Source: the human T2T-CHM13v2.0 reference genome, Homo sapiens
Length of the DNA: 64,000 nt
Reading direction: 5' to 3' (one strand)
NCBI RefSeq assembly: GCF_009914755.1
Contig: NC_060932.1
The position numbers and the translations under genes are program-made. Position 1 is the first letter of the stretch. Each line of letters begins with the position of its first letter. Below are positions 52,831 through 64,000 of this stretch, one piece after another. Below the pieces are notes generated by a model. That model was given only the letters and a program-made list of their open reading frames with translations. It did not search any database and was not told the DNA's origin.

Positions 52831-54104
52831 AGGTCACTCATTTTTTAAGTGAATATTTTCATTTCCAAAAAAAAAAAAAAAAGCCTCATGTTTCCAAAGT
52901 GGCATAAAAGGCCCTGGCATGTAGAGTGTAGAACAGAGGCTCCTCCTTTTTAGCCAGTCTCTATTTCAGAAATCATTAGATAGAACATACTTGGTCTGAA
53001 AAAAAACTATGAAATTTTGATCCCCCTTGGAGAAAATGTACTTTAATGTGTATATTAGTTTTCATTTCCTTCCTCTGATACAGTAAAGTCAAAATTTTGC
53101 GAACCATTGTGAAATAAGGAGATATGACCCCATAAACACAAACAATTTTCGTTCCCTTGTTCCTACATATGTTTGTTAGGAGTACATAAAAGACAAGTTA
53201 GCTCTATAGACCCTCTAATTTTGAGAAAGAGAAGCACAGCATTTTCCTCTTTGATTCTGTTTTGAAAGAGTGCACATAATGATGCATACCTCATGCTTGT
53301 CTGCCTTCCCCTGGACTTTAATTTCTTCCTGTCCAGCCAAAGGAGAAGGTTTTTGGCTTGGTTTCAGCTGTGCTTCCATAGCTGCTACACATCAAACCTA
53401 TCCTACCAGGTAGAGACTAGTGTATTCTTTTCACTGAGGGTAGATGGTCTTCTAACTTTAATCTTCCATTCTGCCTGTCACGTCTAGAATCTATCTGGTT
53501 AAAACTCACGTTTTAAAAATGCATGTCCTAAATTGTATCCAACACTTGTTAGTATCAATTATTATCATAATTTAAAGCCTAGATTGCAGATGTTCATCGT
53601 AATACTTTGCCAATATTCTTATGACTGTTTCTTTTTTCCCATAGATAAGTGTTCCAATTTAAGTGTGTTTTCCTTTCCAGAATGTTCTGTATGTAACTCT
53701 TCTGACATTTCAGAGATTGTGTTATTACTAATATTTAGTCTCGTGAGGTGCTTCATTTTTTAAAGTATTCTTTATTGTGTTTTTTCTTCATGACCCATCA
53801 TGGTGCTCGATCAGTTCCTTGTTTTTTCTTTTGAGCATGACTAATAATAATAAAGTCTGAGCTCTGGTCTCATATCACATATTTTAATTGTATAAAACAA
53901 CTATGAAGACCCACACTGACAAGATCCTGAGCCTAAATAAAATTAGGTCATGTCTAAAAGATATTGTCCTTTGAATTAAGCAGAATGTGTGGGTGTGTGC
54001 ACATGTGTGAGAGAGAGGGAGAGTTTGCTCACACACAGCCTTGACACTGATAATATTTTCCCAGACAGCTTCTACTCAGTGACTTTGTAGTAAAATCAAA
54101 GGAG

Positions 54105-54230
54105 CTTTAGTGTGTACTCATTTTACAGATTAGAATAGTAGAGCCCAGAGAGAGTAAGTTATTTGCCTGAAATCCCACAGCGAGGGTCCACGGGAGCTAG
54201 GACTCTGGCTTTCAGGACCCTCCTTGTTCA
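54105..54230 (-). mobile_element. MIR fragment
   Basis: CTCATTTTACAGAT...GCCCAGAGAGAGTAAGTTATTTGCCTGAAATCCCACAG. Confidence 0.65.
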
Positions 54231-54388
54231 GTCCTCTTTACTTTGAGTCAACTCTGACGGGACCTGGCATGGTGCCCTGCAATTACTGATGATGCGAAAG
54301 GTGAGAGCGGATGAAATTTTAGCACACTGATCAATCTTGAGATACTAAAATATACCAGCAAAGTTGTGAACTCGAAAATTACTAAACA

Positions 54389-54789
<401 letters not shown>

Positions 54790-55971
54790 TTATGGGAAAG
54801 TACACAAATGAGTAAAATGCAAAATAATGGCATTTTCTGTACTGAGAACAGAGATACCACAGAGCAATCGAGGAAGAATTAGTTATACTGTTCTCTGTTG
54901 GATTACAAAGCAGAATTCTGAAAAGCACACGTTGTTTGACACGCAGTGTGAAGTTGCTTGACGTTCACTGTGATGTTGGCTGGGACACTGTGCCGGGTAT
55001 GTGTGGGTCTACAGATTCATCAAATGGCACATGGTCAGAACGACCTTCTTTTTGCTAATGTCATTAAGTGCCATCTATTAAAAATCAGGTGCTTACAAAT
55101 GAGAGTATTTAAAGAATCAGAGGGAGCAAGGTATTATGTGTCCCCTTGTTATCAAACTATATTATCCAAATAAGGATATGATATAATCAAGCCAATTCTA
55201 AACAGTCCAAAGGCAAAACAAAAGAATGTGCCCAGTGCTTTCAGCCAGTGTCTGGATGCTAAAAATCAGACTGACTAGTCAATGAAAGCGACCACAAAAT
55301 TAGATGATTTTGACCCAAAAGAATGCCTTGGCCTCCCTTCCCAGAGTGTTTGCCAGTTTTCCATGTCTGCTCTTCCCCTCTTCACCCCCAGCCCCAGGTG
55401 GAAATGAAGATGGTTTTCCATTTTGTTTTGAAGAGAGAGCTTCATGTCACTGATCTATAATGTGAAGGAAAATATCTTCATCAAAACCAACATTCTTAGG
55501 AATACATAGAAAATAAAAAGACTACTCATGTCTTAGAAAAGTTTTCCCAAAAGTTGGATCATGTTGGATAATGTTATGATCCTTTTCACTTTCAAAGTTC
55601 CCTAGTTCCCTTAGAGAGGGGAAAATTATATTACTGGTAGAAATCAACATTTCCTTTTCTTTAGTGAAAAAAATAACACAGCACTCTTTAATTGAAACCT
55701 GTGTATCTTTGCCCTCCCCACTTTCTGCCTTTGCTTTTTCATTCACATTTAACTCCTGCAGCAACAATAACCTCTGGGCTGTTCTGCATTAGAGAGAACT
55801 CAAGAGCCCTGGAAATTATAATTTCAGAAGTATTGATAATATTAAACAACATCAAAAATTTTTACCACTTTTGCCTGCCCTTCTTACTTTTTTCACAAGT
55901 TAATTGAAGATGGAAGGCAGTAAAGCCTCGTGATTCTTTTTCAAAAAGGTTAAAATACAATATAATCTATC

Positions 55972-56274
<303 letters not shown>

Positions 56275-57238
56275 AAAGTAATCTATCTTTAAAGATGGTC
56301 TGCTATCCTTAATTGTGTATTTGGTATAGGTTAATAGAGTGAAAGTCCTGTAAGCTATAGGATTAGATGGACGTTGCCTGCAATTCAATTCCATCTGTAG
56401 AGCAGATTTCATTGTCACATTAAACATTAGAACTTAAGAAACAAGTTCTTCAGAGAAGTGGATTGAGAAAGATTGAAGTAGTATTGTGTGAGCTGAGCTT
56501 GAGTCAGCTATTCTGTTGGAGAATCCCTAGGTTACATCAGAGAAGATAGCCGTGGGCTAGTCACCTCTATGAGCTTTGTCATGGCTATAATTTTCATCAC
56601 CAGTCAGTCCTTCAAATAGATATTTCTTAGAGATGCATGGGTAATTAGAGAAACTCTCAATTCAGTTATTAAATTTTTCCTACTCATATCCAGAGTTAAC
56701 TGCTCATTTTTAGCTTGAACAAATTAGAGGATTGCTTAGTGCTGAATACTTGTCTCTTTGTTCTATAAGCTTGACAGAGCTTTCTTATTGCCTATATGAT
56801 AATGTTGGACCATCTTCAAGTGTCTACAGTCTTTCCTGGGGCTGGTATGGTGCTCCAGCATAAATGCATAAATGTGTAATGCAGTGGAATTTCAACTCAG
56901 TGATAAAATTCTCTAAAAGAGAGAACTAATTAATTTTAGAGCCAGAAAGAGGCCTATATCCAACCTATTTATGTATGTGCTAGAGCTGGTTAGTACAGAG
57001 CAAATTAGAGACCAATAAAAAGACATGGTGATCACTTCAAATTGAACTGTCTTAACAGAAATAAATTGCAGAAGCAGATAAGATTTTCACAAATCAGTGC
57101 AGTATGGCCCTGTTACTTTTTATAGCATCTGGATTATGGCTTAGACTTATTAAGAATTAGAAAAACAAATTTCAGTGCCATCACTGATACCTCAATATAA
57201 TATGGGACAAGCTGTTAGACATCAATATGCTGAAAAAT

Positions 57239-57553
<315 letters not shown>

Positions 57554-59224
57554 TCAGTGAGTAAGCATATAAGTAAAGGATAAGGAGAGAATTGCCTCTT
57601 TTCTGTCGCATTCAAGGAACAGCTGGAAAATGGAAGAAACATAGAAGGAGAGAAACATCAAGAAATACGTATTAGTCATTCCACTGTAGGAAAAGTTCAT
57701 TACAGGAGAGTCATGCAGGCAGACAGGGTCTTCTTAGTATCAAGGACTGATTTTGATAATGTGCCCACATTTCAGCGAGGGCGTTTTAAGACATAAGCAC
57801 AGCATTAAGGTGTTTCAATAGCAGACATACCTGTCTTTATTGCAGTGGGGAGAAAGCCCAGGCTCATGAAAGAGGCGTGAGCATTCACGGGAAGGAAGAA
57901 AGACCAAATAAAGGCCTAGGAGGAGGTGAGCCGGGGAACTGTACAAGGGAGCAAAGGCCCCTTCTTCAGATGAGTTCAGGATGGCCTTAGCACCAGTGCT
58001 TGGGGAAGAATGGCTCACATCCTCTATGGCTTACCCTCTTCTTCCAAGGCTAATTTTGGAGGCTTTCTAGTCTTTCTTTTGGGATCAAATATATCATGAA
58101 ATTGAAACAATAAAACCACCCCCCATAGAGCTGTTACTTGGTTTTCACTTTTCATATAATATTAAAATCTCAGGACTAGGAGCGATTTCCAGAAGCTATT
58201 AAGTCTAACCACTACCTCCAGACAGAACTTCACCTAGATAGACTAAGGGAATGTATTCCTTATTGAAAATATATTCCACCTCATTCATTTACAAATAAGG
58301 TGTAAACCTTCCTGGAAAAAAATTCACAAGTGCCATTATAAATGCTTCTATGGATAAAGACCTTAAAGCTAACCCAAAGTTATTTTGCCACATATACTTA
58401 GGTGTCTTAAATAAATAATATGCATTCTCTCGATTCCATCCTTGTGAATTTGCATTTGGGTTCCCACTTCTTCAAAAGAGAGTGTGTTTGTTCCATGGCC
58501 AATTAGTTTGATAGTACATATAAGTAATTTTGCATGGATAAAAACTAACCATGCAACTTTAACTCTGCCTTTAATTAAGTAATCATTAAAAATGAAACTT
58601 GTCTACTTCCTCCTGTTCTGTAGTTGACGGTGATTGAGGGGCTTGGTATGGCTGTAGTGGCACAAAAATGGAAATCAGTAAATTAGAGCAGTTGTCAGAC
58701 CCAGATTCTGATTAGCTAAACAGCTTGCCTGGGTTAGTGATTAATGCAGTTGTAGGGAATGAAATCTGCTTTCCTAGAAAAGTCAATAGAGAACGTTTAA
58801 TGAAGTAGAATTATGTGACAGTTGTCCAGTTGTGTGAACCATCTTTGAACTTAGTCAAATGCAGATGTAATTTTATATTAAGACTTTAAAAGAATGGAAA
58901 AATGGCTTCAAACATAGGAGAACAAAATTTTCTGCTTTCTTTGTTTACTTCTTATTTTATGTCACCCCATAAATGTGATTGGTACGGCTTTTGAGATTAT
59001 TGGTTTAGAATTTCTTACCCTTTGTTGTCTTGAGCCATCTTTTCTCTAGAAACATGCTAATATTACAGATGGTTCAAATGTTCCTATAATGTCAATGTGT
59101 AAATCCATATTGAGCAATGTAGAGGTCCGGCTGTGAATAGGACAAAGAAAAAATTAAGAAAATATTTAAATGTACATACCTCCTTTTCTAGGATTTAATA
59201 ACTCGAATTATTTATAAAATGTTA

Positions 59225-59430
59225 TTGACAACTTTATTAAAAGTATAAGTTACACGTTATAAGATTCACACTTCAAAGTGTACGATTCAGTGTTTTTAGT
59301 AAAGTCACAATGTTGTACAACTCATTACCACTATCTAACTCCAGGATATTTTCCTCATTCCAAAAACAAACCTCATACCCATTAGCAGACCCCCTCCCAT
59401 TTCCTCTTTCCACCCTTTCCCCAGCTATTC
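59225..59430 (-). mobile_element. L1MB 3' fragment
   Basis: CAACTTTATT...ATTCACACTTCAAAGTGTACGATTCAGTGTTTTTAGTA...AAACCTCATACCCATTAGCAG. Confidence 0.75.
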
Positions 59431-60149
59431 AAGTTATTTTTTAAGCAGATGTTCTGATTAAAACTCTGTATCTGTCTTTGGTGCTTTAGCTAGCAAAAAA
59501 ATAATGAATATAAAACAATTGCCTCCCCATATATATTGGTATATATAATTTATTAGAATGTTTTTCTTTTCACTTTTAATGAAATAATAATGAAATTTCA
59601 ATATGTATAACTGGTGAAATAATTTCGGCAATACTGTGAGTGAAATGATAGGGCAAAAATGAATGCTTTTATTTAACTCACAATTGATATAAACAAAAAA
59701 ATCAAATGATCCAGTCAGGTCGAGGGTAAATTCTCTTAAGGAAATAACAGGTAAATACTTTTCCTTGAGTGTAAAGACACTTATGTGTATTTATTAACAC
59801 ATACATAGAATTTAGATAAGAATTATCTTTAAAAATATGCATCCTTTTAAATTTATTCAACTAGTATTATCTTTTCACTACAAACACAATAAATCCTGGT
59901 TTTGCTTGCCTCCACTAGTCGATATCTTGAGTTAATCTTGCACATCAGCTGAAAGAATAGAGTTAAAGTTTGTATCTATGAATAGAAGGACTTGATAAAC
60001 TATTTGATAATGTAAATAAGAGTAGAAAGGGAATATGTAGTGTATTATGCTAAGATAGTATATGTAATTCATGTGAGTGAGCACACTGATACATTTTAAG
60101 ATAAGCAAGTGCCAGATTAATGCATATTCTTGCCCTGATTCCTTTTCAT

Positions 60150-60450
60150 CCCCTTTCCCTTCATTTCCTCCCCTTTCCCATCCTCTTCCCTTTAGACCCT
60201 TGTCACACTGACCTGCATTCACTTACTGGAACTGGCTATGTCCCCTCCTGCCTCTGGGTCTTCAAGCAAGGCCTCTCCTCTGCATGTCTTAACCCAATCC
60301 GCACACCTCCCACACCATGCTGGCCCTTTGCTTACTTAAATTAACTTATCATCCTTCAAATTTCAACTCAGTAGTACTTCCCCTAGAAGCCTTTTGGAAC
60401 TTTCCAGAAGTCGGGTCCTGTTCATGTTCTCAGAGCACCCTGATTTTTTG
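60150..60450 (+). mobile_element. L2 fragment
   Basis: CCTGCCTCTGGGTCTT...TCCTCTGCATG...CATCCTTCAAATTTCAACTCAG...ACTTCCCCTAGAAGCCTT. Confidence 0.55.
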
Positions 60451-61811
60451 GAAGTAACATTCATGCTTCTATCCTCATCTTCTCTATTTTCAAAGAAGAA
60501 TCAAAGAATGTATGTATATTCTAATATATATTGTGTAAGTATACTAATGATTCAATATCTTTTTAGAAAATCTGCAATTTTGGACTTTTTAGTAAGTCAG
60601 ACATCTTTTGCTTCTGAGAAATCTGAACTATTTTATTTTGTTATGACTGTGACATTCATTCCATGTGTTGAAATCAAGACACAAGAATGCAAGAAATGAC
60701 GACTTGCCAGTAAATGCCCAGTTTTCACTATTAAAAAAAGCCTGGCATTGCTCTCCCAGAAGAATAACAACTCAGTGATAGAGGGGCGTAAAGACCATGG
60801 GGCCAGCATATTTGAAGGTGATTTTTAAATATTAACTGTTGTGGTCTTCAATGTGAGTAAGCCTGCATTTTTCAAAAGGTTTCATATCTTACAAACTCCT
60901 GATTTCTCCCTTTATTAAAATCTATTTTGAAGTAGGCCAAGCTGTCAACTAAAGTGAATGTTTTCAACTAAAAGATGATTCACTTTCTAACTTGACAAAA
61001 ATAAATGGAGAAAATTATAGATTATAGATCAATTATCACTTTCTAATTTATCTCTATGATTTCACCCTGATTTATTCCATGAACAATTTAAGGTATTTTA
61101 ACTATCTGACATTCATTTAGTTGAACAAAAAGAAAACGTGAAACCTTGGTAAATAAGGGACCCCCTTAAACTGAAACTTTCCTAAGTACATTTGAAAGTC
61201 CATAAACTGACAATGGATACCAAGATCATGAGATCACAAATGTGACTTTTCCTTAAGATTTCATCACAAGATAAATCAAAGTGCTAGGAATTGTATTTTC
61301 CCTTTTCCTAGTAATCAAGTATCCTTCTCAGATGACTCTTTTTGTAAAAGTAACAACTTCTCATCTTTGAGACTTGACTCACATACCAAATATCAAAAAT
61401 GGAAAATCTTTGAATTCTTTTTCCTGTTGTGGGAATACGAGTCATTTATAACAACAAAAAAAATCGATAGGAAATGGATGTTTTAGGGAAGTGTATCCTG
61501 AGTGCTGTCTTTAAGGCATTGATTGGAGACTGCCCACATCTAAAAAATGACTCTAGGACATCACTCTCATGTATTTCCGTGAAAAAGCTGGTGGAAAAAT
61601 GTGTTTTCTTCTAAAAGGCTATGTGTGGGACGTGTGTCAGTGTTCACATGTGCCTAATAGGCATACGTAAAATCACACTTGTATGAAAATCAAGTAAATC
61701 TGCTGAAATAAACAGCAACCCATGTTTGGGCATTTGTATTGGTAGAGATTGGCTTTTAAAGGAGAATGGATTAATATATGATTCTCTTGTCGGTATTACT
61801 ATGAATTGTTC

Positions 61812-62094
61812 TTTTTTGAGGAGGAGTCTCGCCTTGTGGCCCAGGCTGGAGTGCAGTGGTGCAGTCTTGGCTAACTACCACCTCCTCCTCCTGGGTTCAA
61901 GCGATTCTCCTGCCTCAGCCTGCTGTGTAGCTGGGATTACAGGCACATACAATCCACACCCGGTTAACTTTTGTATTTTTAGTAGAGAAGGGTTTCGCTC
62001 TGTTGGCCAGGCTGGTCTCTAATTCCTGACCTGATCTGCCTTCCTCGGCCTCCCAAAGTGCTGGGATTACAGGTGTGAGCCACCATGCCAGGCC
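61812..62094 (-). mobile_element. AluS, antisense
   Basis: GGAGTCTCGCC...CCCAGGCTGGAGTGCAGTGG...CCCAAAGTGCTGGGATTACAGGTGTGAGCCACCATGCCAGGCC. Confidence 0.93.
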
Positions 62095-62733
62095 TGAATT
62101 TTCACTTGCAAAATTATCAGTCAGTTCTTAAAACTTGAGGAAGGGAGGAGTCAAGAAAATGAGGTGAATGAGAAGGCTGTTTAGACTGTTTTTATTGTCT
62201 TACAGTCCCATTTTTGTCTTTCACTCTTCCTTCTCTCTAATGGCTGGGTTTTCAACAATAATACAGGCAAGCATAAAAGTTAGCAAATGAGGGCTAACCT
62301 AGAATTGCAAATTTGATTGGGTTTCATGTTGGTTTTCCTTAAATAAATCAACAGTTTTAACAGGGTGGCATTTAATTATATTTGTTTACAGAAATATTTT
62401 TATATTTGAATTTCTTTCATAACAGTGTTTATTGTGGTCAAAGGATGGGAGGGATGAGGAAATAATATTTGAAGACCACAGGGGCATTCCTCACCTCTGT
62501 AGTCTTATTATCTGGCCTTGAAACACTACGACATTCTTTAACTGAATTTATTAGGGGCTAAATACCAACAACATAAGTCAGAAAAGGGTTTACATTGACC
62601 CCTTTGGATTCTAAATATTGTAATAAATATTATTAGTTCCGAAATATCATATCTGTTTGATTTCCCAAATGATTGCAGAAATGCTTTGATCTTTTTAGTC
62701 CTATGATATTGTAGAGATATCTCACTAATGATG

Positions 62734-62844
62734 TTTTTTTTTTTTTTGAGATGGAGTCTCGCTGTGTCGCTCAGGCTGGAGTGCAGTGAGCCATGTTTGT
62801 GCCACTGCACTGTAGCCTGGGTGACAGAGCGAGACCCTGTCTAC

Positions 62845-62876
<32 letters not shown>

Positions 62877-62880
62877 AGAA
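62734..62880. mobile_element. Two Alu 3' ends fused in inverted orientation
   Basis: T14-GAGATGGAGTCTCGCTGTGTCGCTCAGGCTGGAG-TGCAGTG-AGCCATGTTTGTGCCACTGCACTGTAGCCTGGGTGACAGAGCGAGACCCTGTCTAC-A tail. Confidence 0.92.
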
Positions 62881-64000
62881 ATGTAATTCACTTTCTTCTG
62901 GTCAGCAGCTGACAGGATAGAACACATTGGACTAGAAACCTGTTGTATTCTTACTTTTACCCATGACATGGCTTCTTTTAGAATACAAACTGTTTAGAAC
63001 TAAGACAGGAAAATTTAACAAAGCATTAGATATAAAAATGTTCACAACATGTATGGTCTATTCTTTAATTTGAGAATATTTTAAGAAAATTTGTGGTTGA
63101 AAGCTATTGCTGTCATTGAGGTGGTGTTACAACACAATCGATCTTTGAAAAAGTATTGGCTTCACCAGGGAAACACTAGACCTCTACCCCAGTGACTCCT
63201 GCTAAAGAGGTCTTTGCCATCGCTGCCCTTTCTGATACCTTTGTGTGTGCTCAGATTGGCACACTGATTAATTTCAGATACCATCAGCAAAAATGGAATA
63301 TGCTGAACAAGCACTTACAAAGTAGTGGTTCTTCATAGAACAGAGTTGTAGCCCTTCAGTAACAAAGAATGAGTCAGAGGAAATGAGTTAATTTAACAAA
63401 TTGCTAGTTGCCTACCAGATATCATAGCAAGGAATGATATATGCAAGGTGTGTTAAAGGCAATGTTTCCTTAATTTCTTCTTTCTATCTCCCATCTCCCA
63501 ATGTCCTCTGGGGAGGCCGTAGAGGTGGGAGGGACATATTAAGTAAAAAGTGTGACCACTTGCTGAGTAATTTTTAGTGATTTGTTGAGCTGGATTAAGT
63601 GAATTTAGAGTTGAATCTTCAAAATGATCATTTCCTTTTTTTAAGAGTTTATATTCTGGATATTTTCATTTGAAGAGCAGTGATAGTATCCGGCTAAGGT
63701 TTACTAAATTGTTCAAGTGAGTTTGCAGAAGACTAAGTGAAACAACTTCTGTATAATGAACTGGAAGATTAATCTGCATATCACATAAGCAAATAAAAAA
63801 CAAGCAATCATATATTTTATAATGGAACAACCGTAAGATAAACAAACAAAAGGCATAGTTAAAAATCTGTATGAAAAAGCAAATTCTTGGTTTCCCAAGA
63901 ATCCTTGGTTTCCCAAGGCTCAAGAATTTTATGATTTGAGAAAAATACTTAAGTGTTGCCTGCACTTCTGTGCAATAAATCTCATTATTTCATACTTTAT

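Overview
This window is primate (very probably human) genomic DNA from inside the neuregulin-1 (NRG1) gene, on the + strand. The only protein-coding sequence I can support is the alternative first exon of type III NRG1 (SMDF / cysteine-rich-domain NRG1). It runs from ATG 7035 to a phase-1 splice donor T|GTAAGT at 7701/7702. Upstream of it lie a purine/G-rich promoter-like region and a long leader containing a GCN repeat and ten upstream ATGs. The rest is AT-rich intron with Alu, MIR, L1, L2, MLT1/MST LTR, Tigger and MER81 relics and microsatellites. I did not find the downstream EGF-domain exon in the window. I see no evidence of a new multi-gene system. The best leads are: (1) a chain of uORFs joined by overlapping stop/start motifs that ends 4 nt before the main ATG; (2) an in-frame stop plus AATAAA just after the donor, which could give a CRD-only, EGF-less isoform; (3) a 27-nt sequence copied from 1 kb upstream into an Alu; (4) a fold-back hairpin made of two fused inverted Alu tails. 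Repeat family calls come from remembered consensus sequences, and their boundaries are approximate.
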